DNA of 64,000 nucleotides from Chiloscyllium plagiosum. Taxonomy: Eukaryota. The notes beneath the pieces are model-generated. The model was not told the origin of the DNA and made no database searches. It worked only from the letters and a program-made list of their open reading frames with translations. Made by a program: the position numbers and the translations under genes. The number at the start of each line of letters is the position of its first letter. Within the stretch, counting starts at the first letter, position 1. Of this stretch, positions 1-14,242 are shown piece after piece. The stretch is from contig NC_057736.1 of assembly GCF_004010195.1 (NCBI RefSeq), positions 11,091,968 through 11,155,967 of the forward strand. The letters run 5' to 3'.

Positions 1-2216
1 GATTCATCTAACCAATAAGGCAGAACGCGACCAGACAAAGCTGACATGGATCTTTCAACAGAACTTAGGAGGCAATCTCAAAAATTACTGCAAGCACACG
101 AAAGCAACATTTGGAGGTCTCTACATCAACATGCTCTCCAAGGTCAACCTTGAATGGGTCTGACTGGATGATGTGAAATAAATGAAACATTCATTAATTT
201 AAATAACAGAAACTGCATTAGCAGAATTTGTCAGGAATGCAACTAGAAAACTGCAAATAGTATTAAGTTTTGTTGATGAGTGTTAATAAATTAATCATAA
301 GCTATTAAACAATCTAAATTCTTCATAATTTTTCACTTTCCTATAGATTTGCCACAACAAGTTGTCATAGCCCCAGAAGACCATAGGGCTGCTCTCTCAA
401 TACAAACAGATAACTGGTGAGTTTAACCAGAGGGTCATATCTCAGATGATGTTCAGAATGCCAAAATACCAATAATTGAACCTTGCCCTTAAGGTCAAGT
501 GGTATATGGTCTAGTAACTTCCAAACCAGTTTTCATTTTACGTGGGAATAGAATAATTATTCTTTTAAAGATTTTAAAAAAAAATTGGAAAGACGCAATT
601 ACCTCAAACAATGCCTTTCACACCTGCAGCAAATACAGTCCCAGGGCTGTTATTCTTACATTGCTGGCCTCAGGAACCTTACTGTGAATTGAATTTAGCT
701 TGTTGTAATCCATAGCACAAACCAAACTAAAGTCAGTTTAAAAAAAGTTGACACAGGATAGCTGGTATTGAAAATATTACTAGCCACAAATCACTCAACA
801 TGAAATAGTTGCGCAAGGTCTTTGAGTTATACTTTTTGAGGAAGAAGCAGCAGCTAATTTTCAACTGGCCAAAATATTTTGATCGCAATTTTTGCTTCAA
901 GCATCCCTAAACTTGATGCAGAGAGAAAAAGTTTTTTCACCAATTTCCAAATCAAACTACACCAAAATTTAAACAAAACACCCTGCACTTTTTTTTTTGA
1001 AACTGCACAAAATTCCCCTGTTTTTCAATATAATTACCTCCCATTCTTTTAAACTTGTTACTGCATAGCCCTAATTTATCTAGTCTATCATTAAGGGCCA
1101 TCCTGTCATCGATGGAACCAATCTGGTACACCTGTATATCACCTCAAATATCACAATTGCTGCAAGACCTCCTTACTCTTGCATTTCCAATATTTTGCAC
1201 CAGCCCCAGCAAACAAAAGACCACATGCTGTTTGTTTTTTCAACTGTTCACTATACACCTGCACACTACCTTCAAGTTTCTTCTAAGAGTACGACTTGAA
1301 CATACAACCTTGATGCCTTTTAAAACATACTGCTTTTCTATTCTTCATTAGAAGTTACCCATACACCACACCATCTGTCAATCTCTTTGCAACTTGTTCC
1401 CTCTTCACAGCTTTATTAAATGTAGAAAACCACATGAGAATTAACTTAGAATAAAAAAATGAAAATAACATATTCCAAATTATTCACAAATTGCAATGGT
1501 CTCAACAATGATTAGGGCAACATTCTATTTAAACCTCCCAAATTGAAAACACTTTGTTTAACCTATTGAGTTTCAGGATTCCGAAAGTATTTATCACCAG
1601 TGACAGATTGGTGATATACCTACAGACAGTTTGGTGCATGGCTTGGCAAGGAACTTGCAGATGACTTTACCATGCAGGTGTTGCTCGAGTTGACACTGTG
1701 CATTTAGTATATAGTGTACAGCGCTCCACTATTTCTGCAAATCACCTCTGAAAGAAGTGATTGGGGTTACTATTCAACTGGACTGTTTGTTCTGGATGGC
1801 ACCAAAGTGGTGTTGTTGGAGCTGCACTCACACAGGCAAGTAGAGGGCATTCCATCATAGCCCGACATTTACCTTGTAGATGGTGGGTTTGCTCTAGGGT
1901 GTCAATTATTCACCAAGGAATTCCCAGATTATAACTAATTCCTATAGCAAGGGTTTTCATACGCCTGTTGCAGTTCAATTTCTGCGTAATGGTAACCTCC
2001 AGGATGTTGTGGTGATATTGATCAAATAAATGTTGCTCAGGACACCAAGAAAACTTCCATTCTGGCAGAGGTTTTTTCCATACAAGTGACAGATCACAAT
2101 GGAAAGATCATAAGCTCCAACCAATCCAAAGATGCATACGCATGAAATAAAAACTGACATTTTTTTTAAAAAAGGTTTAAATTGTTTTCTACTATCTGGA
2201 TGAACTTAGTTCTAAC

Positions 2217-2352
2217 CTGTGACTTTGCTGAATTCTTCCATAATGTTTTCCTTCGTCTTGTTCTTTGGAATAGAGCCAACAAACAGTCTGTTATTGGCCA
2301 CAGAAATACAAACTCCAATGTGTTTACCAGGACGGATTTCATAGTTATCACA
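2217..2352 (-). CDS. HNRNPR: HNRNPR exon 7
   Basis: ttgtag|...ACAG|gttaga, 136 nt, [45 protein letters not shown]. Confidence 0.95.
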
Positions 2353-5300
2353 CTACAAGAGAAAAGACAGGTTCAACTTGCATTAACATTTACAGCTTGG
2401 CACTTTTCAAACTGCTCTATTAAGCAACTTTTCAATGTAAAAAAGTTGCAGCTTCATTGTACACTGAACAGAAAGGATGCTTTAAAAAAAATTGAAAAAG
2501 ATTTGCAGTATACCCAAATTTCAACATGTTCTTAAAAGCTTACAGTTTTGAATCACAGTATTAAAATAGACAAGATTACCAGTTTAACAGCCTCCTGTGC
2601 TGCATCCTTGTTACAGAAAGTAACAAAAGCATAGCCACGGTTCTGACCAGACAGGGGATCCATCATTAGTCGCAGATCCCAGATAGAACCGGCTTTCTCA
2701 AACAAAGGAACAAGTTCATTTTCATACAAATCCCGGGGGATCTTCCCAACAAATACCTAAAGTTGAAAAGTATGCAAAATTGTAAATATAACAAGATGTT
2801 GACATGTCTCAGAGTAAGCTTTGGCATAAGGAATAACAAACATGCTGCAAGTCAGATTAATACCTAGAGTAGTTTCAATGCCCATATACCTTTTGTGAAT
2901 GAATGAAGGAAAGATTATATTGTACAATCATTACAATATGTCTATTGCTATTATTTCTATTCTTGCACTGATGGAGTGAAGGTGAAGCTACACTCGTGTT
3001 AAAGAAAGGAAGGAATAGAAAACAATGCTAACAGGATTAGATGAAACAACGAGGGAGAAAACTTGTGTGCAATTTAAACTCAGGAACATACCAGTTGAGT
3101 CCATCAGCCAATCTTTCTACTGAAAAACTACACGTAAATCACATTTACAGAACTTCAACACAGTACTTCTCAACAAACACAATAAAGCTGTTTTCTGGAT
3201 CAGTCACCTTGGGTGTGATTCAACACTGTCAAACAACCAACAAGTTGACAATTATTTGATGTTTAACATATTTAAGTGCTTTGGATGTGGAATCAATTTT
3301 AACTAGGACAACAAAGAACAATTACTAAAATGATTGTATATGAGCCACATAGTACACAGTCAGGCTTAAGTTGTCTCTCCCCCCCATTATTTATCTAGCC
3401 TTACAACTTTGGGCTTTGATTTAAGGTGGATTATTCAAATGACAAAGACAATCACACATATTGATTTGGATTGGAAGACCATAAAACAGTCAACATTTCA
3501 GTTCCCTTTACACATCTACATAGTGAAGCATTTTCATTAAAAGCCAAATTTAGTGTCTTCCAATTCAGTTTATGACCCTTCTATAAACAGTTAACCTTGT
3601 TGAAATCAATGTTATTTCAAAGTTGTTTACGAGATAGTTAAGATTTTCCTACTTTTCAAATGACTTGAAAGAATAATCTGAAACGTACCCTTTGTTAAGC
3701 AAGTCCTGGGTTATTTCTTACAAACACTATTTATAGGAATTCAAATATGTTTCCATTGTCAAAAATGTCTATCAGGAGAGGCTTAAAGTAAGGAACGTTC
3801 CATTTAAGAGATGAAGTGGAATTTCTTGAAGGTTATTAATCCTTGGAATCAACTTCTAGGGACCAGTGGAAATGGTCATATTTTCAATGCCAAGACAGAC
3901 AGATGGCTGATCAACAAGAGAGGAAGGTGTTACAGCCAACAGGCAGAAAGCAGGACTTCAGGCTACATTCAGATCAGCCATGATTTTACTGAATGGCAGA
4001 GCATCTATTTCTTACGGTCCCTATGCTGATATGCAGCACCATAGGTGGAAACAAACGTCAGGTAAGTCTATCATGCAGTCATGGCTTGTGGCCACATAGA
4101 TAGATCATCAGGTTTTTTAAGTACATCTTAAAACTAAAACTATTCCTGTTATCATCAGGCACCCAGAGAACACTTCACCTAACTGAATCAAATGGCAGCA
4201 CTCTTGCTCGAATCCCAAATGAGAATTATATTCCCAGTCCAGGGCTTGAGCATGAACTCTAAGATGACAAAATCAAAGCTAAATTCAGACATGACATCCT
4301 TCATGCGATGTTAAGCTGAAAGCCATCCATCATTATCCTGACCAATATGCTTCCCTCATCCACACATCGAAGCATACAAACTGATCTCTGCTGTCGTTTG
4401 GGGAAGTGGTGTAGTAGTAACTTCAATGAAGTGGTAATCAACAGTCCCGGACTAATATTTTGTGCACGGTGGTAATGTCTCTACCTCTGGACTCTAGTCC
4501 AAGATGAGTTCTTGTATCATAACATTTCCAAACTGGTTGATGGACTTGATCATGCAGCATAAACTTTACTTGTGTTAATTCAAATAATCTTCTTCACTCA
4601 AACATCCAAACTATCCACCAGTTCAAATTAATTTGAAGTTATGAACTGTTTTAGGTTTAAAATTAAATATAATTTTGGAAAGCTAATCTACTGCTGGTAT
4701 TAAAAAAAGTATGAAGGAACTGGAATTAAGTTACCTGTTGGATACACTAACTCTAAACTTTCAAAGTATTATGTACAGACTTGCATCCATGAACTGTATA
4801 GCTTTGTTTTATTAAAAATATTGAAACAACGAATACCCAGTTCCCTTGAGCAACAGGTCGATTACAAGATGAAAACCCTTACCTTCTACACTGTAACACG
4901 TCCTGAATATCAATGAATCAGTTCAACAGTTTATAAGGCTGATTACTCATTGTTGGACACTGACCTCTGTTCCGATTCCAGGTTGTGGACCTGAATGCAC
5001 ATTGTCAGGAGGAGGACCACCATACTTCCTTTGCCCTGTAGTTACATCCAAAGTGTAGCCAGTCCGTTCCAAAAGTGCCTAAACAATGCATTAACAGCCC
5101 ACAATGAATTTAATACCAGTATACATTAAATAGCTATAGTAAGCACCAAGATTATTTCACAGAAAAATTATAAACACATTAACTACAAATTAACAGTTTC
5201 AGTCAAACCAAATGAGTAATTACTTCAATTTGGAGTTTTTAAAGAAATCATAAACAGGTTTGATTTATCCCAAATATCCAGATTTATTTTGTTTCAGTTG

Positions 5301-8128
5301 TCTCCTGAATCTAGGCAGGTTTATATTATCAAGGAAACTAATCATCTCCCAACTTTTCAACAACCCTTGTAACCTCGTCAATGGACACTGACCGTTCATC
5401 TGCACTTCTCAAATTCGAAACAGGAGGAAAGAGAAGACATATTCAAGATGATCTCAGGCCCAAATACCTCGCCTCATGTAGTTATCTTCTATTCATAACT
5501 ATCTTCCCCCGCTTGTTCTTCCACCAAATCTACAAAGTCATTTGTCATAATACTTGAGATTTTTATTGGTTCAAACAGAATTTTTCGTAGATTTTTCATG
5601 TGAATTGCAGTATTGTATATCTAGCTTTTCCTGCCAAAGCTAGCTGGTAAATTAGGTGGATTAGCCAGAGGAAATTCAAGCTTACAGGCATAGGATAGGG
5701 GGATACATCTGAGTGGGATGCTCTTTCGAGTGTCAAAATGGACTTGTTGGGCTGAATGGCCTGTTCCCACACTGTAGAGATTCTACATGTGAGATTACCT
5801 GAGCTAAATTCAACATGCATTTTCACAAACAGCAAATACCTTAATTTTTGACTCATCTGGACCCTTTGTAGCATCTTGTACTTTGCTACCTTGCTTCTCC
5901 CGCTGCCTGTAGGTCTTCATTACTCCACAAAGAAAGGCACTCTTATTCTGAAAGGAAAGATTGATATCTGAAATTATAATAAATTTAAATGATGCATTTA
6001 TTGATTAAGTCAAGTATGGAAGATTTGTTGCATGACATCATTAATTATAAACTGTGCCCCTTTGTCTAGTTTCTGCCCTTTGTCCTCTATACTAACTGTT
6101 CTTTTAAAATATTTTGATGGATTCTAAGATTTTGTATCTGCCCTTCAACAATTAAAATGAGAAAAATCAAAATTAATTCACCCCTTAATTTTTCAAATGT
6201 CAAAAAGTACAAGTCGTTTTTGAACACAACAGATCTTAAGTGCAAAAGTGCATGACCAGTTAGTTACCTGCACGTGAGATAGGTCACTTTCCTTAAATTG
6301 CTGCAATACAGACAGTGCTCCTTCCTCATTGAATTCCCTGAGCGCATCAATGGCTCTCTCATCAAGATCAGCATAAGATACCAATCCTGCAAACAAAATG
6401 TAAACTAAGTGTTAGATAACAAAGATCCAATCAAATATTAAACGTATACAAATTCACATGAAAAGGTCATTTCAAATCTATTTCCAAAACTTACACATCG
6501 AGTCACAAGTTAAAAGGAACCAAAGACAAAAGATACAGTGGCGTTAATTATTTGTGTCTCACCCAAATCTTCCAAAAAGCGTGGATGCATTTTGGGGTTT
6601 TTAAATCACCATTTCCAGCTAATGTATCATGACATACCTAGTTCCAAGATTGCTTTTTTTGTGTAACAACAAGCTTCTGATGCTTAGCTTAGTTTTTAAA
6701 AATACACAAATACCGATGAAAATATAGGTATACGTTCCATGACCCAAGAACAAAACAAGATATAAATATAATTAGACACAATTTTATCTACTATCGCGTG
6801 CACAAAGACTCATTTTATAAACATAAAATTCAAGAAATGCTCACACTTTAGCAACTACATATTCTGCTGCATCCATATAAGAAAACCATCTTACACAATT
6901 CAATCCCCTACATCACTACGGTTAATTTTCTAAAAACGATATTTGATTGCACATGGATTTTAGATATACCTCAAATTTCTATCATTGAGCGTTAAAGAGA
7001 ACTAGAAACTCAAATTGTACAACAAGTTGACATGTACAGCTCCTGCAGCACTAGCCAACTATGGCAATATTATTTATTAGCAATTTTCTTCGCATTTTGA
7101 AAATAGAAGGCAAAAGGCCGCAGAGGTACAAGACACTCAAAGTTTTAAAGCATCCTGTTTACAACATTACATTTACATCAGAGTTACTTGATAATCCTTA
7201 CCTATAATCACAGGTTCATAACCAACATATTCTAAAGGTGTTTTAATTATTTTCTTTACATGTCATGGTGCATTTAATTATTAAATAAATAATAACCAAC
7301 TTAGCTCCACCTCTGGGAAAAATTATGAAATTAGGAGGATATATAGTAGATTAAATCCTCTGGACATTTGATGCAATGCCACAAGTTCAAATTAAAAAAG
7401 CACTGTCCAGCTGGAAGCAGATGAAAACCATTGATCAGATCTCTAGTAGGCACTAAAACATGCTGCACAACTCCATTTCATGGTTGACTTTGCAGAAAAT
7501 TAAGACATTGGCTGTTTAGGTAGGATTTAAATTTAGGGAACTTACTGAACTAAATAGCATTTTGAAATTAACACAGAACCGCACACAAACTCTTCAAACT
7601 AAATGCCTACATTTTCTTAATTGCTATGTGAGCACACCTTTCAAACAGCTAGAAAGCAAGACCAAGCTTGTTTCATGCTTTTAATTCTACGGACAGTGAA
7701 TATCATCAGCCATTGCTTCTGCTCTCTAGTGGCTTTACGATATGAATTTTGAGCCTTTCATAAATTACAAAATTGTGCACTACCAATACCACTACAAATG
7801 CTGGCAGGAATTATACACAGCAGTCTCTTTCGATTTCAACAAATGCATCAAGTGTCAAATCCACCTCAAATTTGTTAGCAGCATGTCAGGAATTTCCCAG
7901 TTACATATCATTTTCAGGTTAAAGCAATATTTTGGACTACTAAAACCACAGGTCAGGGCATATTATACCTGTTTGAAAGATATCATCTAGCCTTTCTGCT
8001 ACTTTCTGTGGCAAGCCAGCATCTATTAGCACCTGGTAGTGTTCTGAATGGGTGACAGCAGATGAGGTATCCATGGGTTCTTCCTCCTCCTTCACCTGCG
8101 CTGCATTTCCATTCACCTCAGTAGCCAT
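2217..8128 (-). CDS. HNRNPR: Heterogeneous nuclear ribonucleoprotein R, 5' part (coding exons 2-7; gene continues beyond position 1)
   Basis: Six GT-AG exons (8128-7969, 6386-6268, 5947-5840, 5078-4965, 2756-2580, 2352-2217) splice in frame to [22 protein letters not shown]...EEFSKVT. Residues such as [24 protein letters not shown] and CDNYEIRPG fit hnRNP R better than SYNCRIP. Confidence 0.96.
2580..2756 (-). CDS. HNRNPR: HNRNPR exon 6 (RRM1)
   Basis: tttag|...CTG|gtaatc, 177 nt, [47 protein letters not shown]... Confidence 0.95.
4190..4400 (+). mobile_element. Decayed DeuSINE (SacSINE1-like) copy
   Basis: ggcagcactcttgc...cttgagca...gatgttaagctga...cctgaccaatat resembles the shark DeuSINE consensus as I recall it; heavily diverged. 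Confidence 0.35.
4965..5078 (-). CDS. HNRNPR: HNRNPR exon 5
   Basis: tttag|...GAG|gtcagt, 114 nt, [38 protein letters not shown]. Confidence 0.95.
5840..5947 (-). CDS. HNRNPR: HNRNPR exon 4
   Basis: ttcag|...AAG|gtattt, 108 nt, [36 protein letters not shown]. Confidence 0.95.
6268..6386 (-). CDS. HNRNPR: HNRNPR exon 3
   Basis: ttgcag|G...CAG|gtaact, 119 nt, [19 protein letters not shown]...SHVQ. Confidence 0.95.
7969..8128 (-). CDS. HNRNPR: HNRNPR exon 2 coding part (start codon; exon begins at 8140)
   Basis: Acceptor ttttcattccag|, ATG at 8128, donor ACAG|gtataa; 160 nt coding. Confidence 0.95.
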
Positions 8129-10387
8129 TTCTAATTATAGCTGGAATGAAAAAAAATACTATTTAAGACCATTTTTTTCCTCTGCATATTAGGTTGTCAC
8201 AAGGCTTTATTGCTAAATGCTATATAAACACGGAGTGGCTCAGGATAGAATACTGTTCCTTCACTTCTGGGACCAGATTTAAACCCAACCCAGGTAAACA
8301 AGATAAAAGTTTCATCTATCTTTAAAAGGTCCTAAGTGAAATGGGTTTGGGCATTTCCCAATGGACAGAAGTCCATAATGCAAAAACTGCCCACAATTCA
8401 CCACTCAGAAACAGAGATGGCTAGTGCAGGAAATGGAAATGTCACGCTGGTTCAGTAGGGGTCCTCTGATCTTGGAAGTCAGGCACCTGATCAAATCTAG
8501 TGAGTGGGCTCAACATTAAAAATTCAACTGTAACAACGCCCGACCTGATGGTGCTTGATGCTGGTACTTGGAACACAGGAAAATCTTCCAGTACTGAGTT
8601 ATTTCAGCAAAGATGCATCCAGAGCAGTTATTTACCATTACAGTAATGTAAAATAAGCCTCATTAACCCCTACTGTGATCACTCACAGAGTGATGAGCAG
8701 AAACAATCGATTACAAAATTCACAACAAGAGCTAATACCCATCAATGCATACAAGTTAAAGACCCTGGACAGCAGGTTTTAATTCCATCATCTCAAATAC
8801 TATAGTTTGAAATCAAAACAATGATTCTTCAGAATGAATGCCTGTTTCAAAAAGCTTTTTTTTAACCCCTTCAGTGAATGCAAATGTAAAGACTATACAA
8901 ACCTTTATATAAAACAATACATTCCTTATAGCTACCAAATCCCTTGCAAACTGTGTTGCTCAACCTTTGTTTCAAAAATGCACACGTACCAGTAAATAAG
9001 ACAAGGCAAATCAACAAGGACAGTCAAACGTAAAGGTAAAGCCATTTAGGATCCAAAAGGAAATCACATTCCACAGGCAGAAACCATGTCTAAAGTACTG
9101 AATGAGTACTCTGCAACTATTTGTAACGACAATTTTCTCTTCAAATGAGAATAACACCAACGCAGTAAAAGATGGGAAGAACTAATTATACAAATTAGAT
9201 AAAAACAGACGAGAAGGTTCTTAAAACATTATCAAGTGAAATTGAAAACAGCAACCAATAAGACAGGATACATGTTATCACAAGAAGCAGCTATCTCTCA
9301 AGTCATCCCTGGATATAGAAGTGGTGCCAAAAGCCTGAAGGGCTGTAAATGTTATGTACTCAAAAAAGATGATGAACCCAGCAACTGCAAAACAGCCAAC
9401 CTAACAGCAGTTGTTGGGAAATTAATTTCCACAAGGAAAAATGTATATTAATCCCACCCAGCGCAGATTTGTAAGACTATGCAGGCTGAAAGACATGACC
9501 GAATTCTTCAATGCAATAATGGGAGAGAACTGATGAAAATACTGCAACTAATGCCAGGTACGAACTTCCAAAAGGAATTAAATGCAATGCCACAAAATAC
9601 CTTGTGAGCAAAAGGTAAGCCCTTGAGGATACAAGGGATTTTATTTGAATGAGCATGAACCTGGCTCAAAGATTTTTAGGTTGGAAGGAAGCATACAGTA
9701 GGGTCCAGCAATCATCACTATTAAGTCATTGTTCCACTGGACATATAGGTTTGTGGCCTGGACTTTGTTTTATCGGGGGTGGGGGGGAGGAGAATGAGGA
9801 GAAGTAGGTGTTTACACATTAGTCAACATGTGGAAATATAATAAACAGTAAAGAGAAAAGTCATCATGTTCAGGGTGGCAATGACAAGTAAAATGAGCAG
9901 ACAAAACAGCACGCAAAATTTAGAAATGCAAGGCACCCGTTTTAGGGAGAAGGAGGAGACAAAATAAATGGTACAACCTGGAAGAGTAGTCTCAAAACTG
10001 GCATGACATGATGGTATGTGTGTTTTGGAATCCTTGTTTTTTAGAGTCCAAAACAAAGATGATTTATTGAGACCTTTAAAAATAACTGTCATCAGCCATC
10101 AGCTAGAGTTGTGTATCTAATGTTAGGTGCCACATTTCAGAGAAGGATGCCAAGGTTTTGGAAAGGATGCAGATTTACAAGAATAGTATCAGGAATGAGG
10201 GACTTCAGTTTTGTGGATAGACTCGAATATTTGAAACTGTTTTCTTAAAACAAAGAGTGTCATGGGGAAATCTGATGATTAAGGGAGCAAATGAGGGAAA
10301 ACTGCTCCAAAACATCTAAAATACCTCAAAAACACGAGCAGCTGTTACAGCCAGAACTTTTCTCCACCCTCCATTTTGGATTACCCA

Positions 10388-10938
10388 TCATGTTGCGGCT
10401 CTACAGGATGTTTGTTAGGCCACCCTATTGGAAAGATGATGTGAAACGTGAAAGGGTTCAGAAAAGATTTACAAGGATGTTACCAGGGTTGGAGGATTTG
10501 AGCTCTATGGAGAGGCTGGGGCTCTTTTCCCTGGAGCATCAGAAGCTGAGTTATCTGATAGAGATTTATAAAATCATGAGGGGCATAAATAGGGTAAAGA
10601 GACAATGTCTTTTCCCTGGGATTGGGTGGGGGGGAAAGAGTCCAGAACTAGAGGGCAGAGGTTTAGGGTGCGAGGGGAAAGATATAAGAGACCTAAGGGG
10701 CAACTGTTTCACATAGAGGGTTGTACGCATATGGAGTGAGCTGCCAGATGAAGTGGTGGAGGTGGTACAATTGTTGCATTTAAAAGGCATCTGGGTGGGT
10801 ATGTAAATAGGAAGGGGTTTAGAGGGATATGGGCCAAGTACTGGCAAACAGGACTAGATTAGGTTAAGACATCTGGCCAGCATAGATGAATTGGACCGAA
10901 GAGTCTGTTTCCATGCTGTACATCTGTATGACTCTATG
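10388..10938 (+). mobile_element. CR1/HER1-like LINE 3' end
   Basis: ERVQKRFTRMLPGL...YKIMRG remnants and the tail ctgtttccatgctgtacatctgtatgactctatg, shared with many copies in the window. Confidence 0.85.
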
Positions 10939-12549
10939 TTCCCAGGCAGATAGGTTGATAACTGGAGAAGACAGAGATGGAAACGTGGAACGTTTAAAAT
11001 TGTAGAGGAAGAGAGGGAAGCAAGACCAATAGAGAGAAGCTAAAAGCCCTTTCAAAACAGTTACCACACATAATTGTCCATTTGCTTTCGGAGCTATATC
11101 ACAAATGAAATGAGGAAAAAGATATAGCCATACAGTGAACAATGGGATATTTATAAGTATATTGTAATTTGCTTACTGGGAGGGGAATGCTTGAATAAAC
11201 CAAATATAACTCCAGTACACTCAATTTTATTTTCATAGATGTTTGTAAGATACTAAGCACTTAAAACAATTATTAACGGCTATATGCACAAAAACACAAG
11301 CAGAATATTATGAAGCAAACCAGCTCTGGCCTAAGCAAAGCATAGGATAATCTTAGATAAACTTCAGGAATTATTTTTTGAAAACAAGTCAACAGTTTTC
11401 TAATCATTTGCATTGATAACACCTTTAACAACCTCAAGATGTCTTAAAACATATCAAGATCATTTTATTACTTGTGATGACATGATCATATAGTGGAAAG
11501 TATGATTTCCATGATTGCTCTTTTAAAAACATATGGGTTGATCGCTACTATTCAAGTGGTCTAAAAACAATGCTCCAAAGTGAATGCTCAAATGTATGCA
11601 TTACCAATCATACTATTGCATCAAGTGCACAATTTCCCTAAGTTTGACAAGTACAAACTATATCATGAACTAAACGTGCAACTTGGAATTCACACAATCG
11701 AATTCAATGAAACTTATGAAATATATTGTGTGGTATTTCAGACTGAACTCTCTGGGTTGAAATTAAATTATTTCAAATGATGAAAGCTATCTTTCAGCAC
11801 CAACATCAGTAATGCAGCAGAAATTACATAATTCTCATCTCCAAATGTGGCGTAATGAAGTATCAAATCACTGGCAATTTCAAGAGGTTCCATTCAAAAA
11901 ATTCCAAGATTCAAACATACACATACATAAGAATTTAAACACATAAAAAGATTCATCCTCCACCTGAACTAAATGAAATATAGCAAGTACATGACCCATC
12001 AAAAAAACTCCAACAAATTAAAAATACCAATCATTATTGAAAGCTCTACCCTTACCTAACTACTCACTCATGCTCTAGAGAGATGGAGACCACGTTCAAA
12101 CCAAGTAATTATTATATACTTCAAAAAAGGGGGCTTATTTGAACTGTAAAGCTCAGTAGTCAATTCAAAATCTGCACAGACAGCAAAAGCTTTAAGACAT
12201 AAAGATTCCATTCATGCCACAAGTTTCCCAATGCATCTATGACCAAGAAGCCATTCGCGGTTATCACTAGTTAATCCACGTGTACTAAAAATGTTCAGTT
12301 CGGCCATGCGTCAACTCGGCACAACAATGAGGCCGAGCCACATGTTGCATCAACATTAACCGAGCAAATAAAAACCATAATGAATAAATAAAATTTTAAA
12401 AATGCAAATAATCAACGGGTACGGTGAAAACAGAACCATCCTCTGCTAAAGGGCAGGGGGGGTGGAAGAGACGTACAGAAAATGTCCATGAAGATTAATA
12501 GTCGGGCACTCCTGCATTTACAACAAAATTAAAAATAATATTTGACAGC

Positions 12550-13520
12550 ATCGCGCAATTCAGATGGGTTTTTTTTTAATGAAAACGCCAGAAAGACAAG
12601 GCGCCTAGTCGAGAGCGAAATAAAGTCAGTAAATAAAGAGTGAATATAACCCCGAGGCGTCGGGGCCTTGCACACGCTTAAAATTACAACAAAAGAACAA
12701 AAGGCCGGGGGTGGCGAGAATGAAAATAAAAACAGATGGGATCGCGGCGGGAGCGGTAAAATGTTAAAGGGGGGAAAAATGAAGAGGGTCTAACACGGGA
12801 GGCCGGGGGAGATTGCAAATAGAAGCTGAGGCCTTTCATCGGGCGCTTCTCAACCTCCCCCTCCGCTCGAAGCCCAGCTCCGAGAATGCCGGCGGCTCGG
12901 GCCGGCGGGCGGGCGTCGACAATCACTGGCGAATCGCGGTAAAACCCGCGGCTTTTCAACTCGCCCCAGAGGGGGGGGGACGAATCAAACGGCCCGGCAG
13001 CTCCTCACAGAGAGCCCGCGGGCGGGAATTCGGACAAGAGTGCCGGGGCTGCGGCCTAGCTGCCCCCTCCCCCCGGGAACCAGAGCGCGGCACCTCGGCC
13101 TCAGCTTCAACCCGCGGCCCCGGCTTTTCCAAACACTTCGGCACCAGCTCTCCCCGACCCGCCCGTCCGCCCTTACCTTACTGTCGGGGCTGCCGGTGCG
13201 ATACGATTCGGTTCAGCTCCGCCACTCCCTTGCCGACGCTCCGATGGTTTAGTATTTTACTGGTAGATTAGATTTATTTATTTATTTATTTCCCTTGCCC
13301 TCTCCTCTCTCGCTCTGGAAGATCTCGCTAAAATGGCCGCGGCCGCCTCATGGATCCCGCTCCCGGCGCTGCACGGGGTTTCCCGGCTGCGGCCGCACGG
13401 CCCGGGCCCCGCCCACTGTCCCTCCGGGCAACCGCGACCCCGCCTTCCCAGGGAAACGGCTGGCCAATCACAACATCCAAGATGGGATGGAGTGGGCGCC
13501 ATGCAATGGGAGGCCGTGTT
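12550..13520. promoter_or_regulatory. CpG-island promoter of HNRNPR
   Basis: Abrupt GC/CpG enrichment against an AT-rich background; GC boxes, GGCCAATCA at about 13462-13470, YY1 motif. Confidence 0.85.
13177..13350 (-). other. HNRNPR: Probable non-coding exon 1 of HNRNPR
   Basis: Strong donor AAG|GTAAGG (intron starts at 13176) inside the CpG island; YY1-type GCGGCCATTTT at 13330-13340; start site approximate. Confidence 0.65.
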
Positions 13521-14065
13521 AGGGGGAAGTCAGTGACGGAGGGTGGGTTGACGGATATGGTGAGAGGTTAGGGCAAGAATGGAGGCTGTCTGATGTGACT
13601 GGGGGGGGGGAAGATAGAGGGTGGGAGAGTGATTGANNNNNNNNNNNNNNNNNNNNNNNNNNNNNNNNNNNNNNNNNNNNNNNNNNNNNNNNNNNNNNNN
13701 NNNNNNNNNNNNNNNNNNNNNNNNNNNNNNNNNNNNNNNNNNNNNNNNNNNNNNNNNNNNNNNNNNNNNNNNNNNNNNNNNNNNNNNNNNNNNNNNNNNN
13801 NNNNNNNNNNNNNNNNNNNNNNNNNNNNNNNNNNNNNNNNNNNNNNNNNNNNNNNNNNNNNNNNNNNNNNNNNNNNNNNNNNNNNNNNNNNNNNNNNNNN
13901 NNNNNNNNNNNNNNNNNNNNNNNNNNNNNNNNNNNNNNNNNNNNNNNNNNNNNNNNNNNNNNNNNNNNNNNNNNNNNNNNNNNNNNNNNNNNNNNNNNNN
14001 NNNNNNNNNNNNNNNNNNNNNNNNNNNNNNNNNNNNNNNNNNNNNNNNNNNNNNNNNNNNNNNNN

Positions 14066-14242
14066 GCCAATTTACCTGACCTGCACATCTTTGGACTGTG
14101 GGAGGAAACCGGAGCACCCGGAGGAAACCCACGCAGACACGGAGAGAACGTACAAACTCCACAGTGAGTCGCCTGAGGCGGGAATTGAACCCGGGACTCT
14201 GGCGCTGTGAGGCAGCAGTGCTAACCACTGTGCCACCGTGCC
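14066..14242 (-). mobile_element. HE1-like V-SINE (tRNA-derived), cut by the assembly gap
   Basis: A box (GTGGCACAGTGG), B box (GGTTCAATTCC), V-domain gtctgcgtgggtttcctccgggtgctccggtttcctccca. Confidence 0.85.

Noticed and set aside
12684-13571. Several overlapping 60-150 aa ORFs
   Set aside because: Expected from stop-codon scarcity in the HNRNPR CpG island; no recognisable protein.
13519-14228. Long ORFs spanning N runs (also 53117-54813 and 57100-57987)
   Set aside because: Lengths are inflated by assembly gaps; only the retroelement-derived parts are real, and the listed start codons are not element starts.
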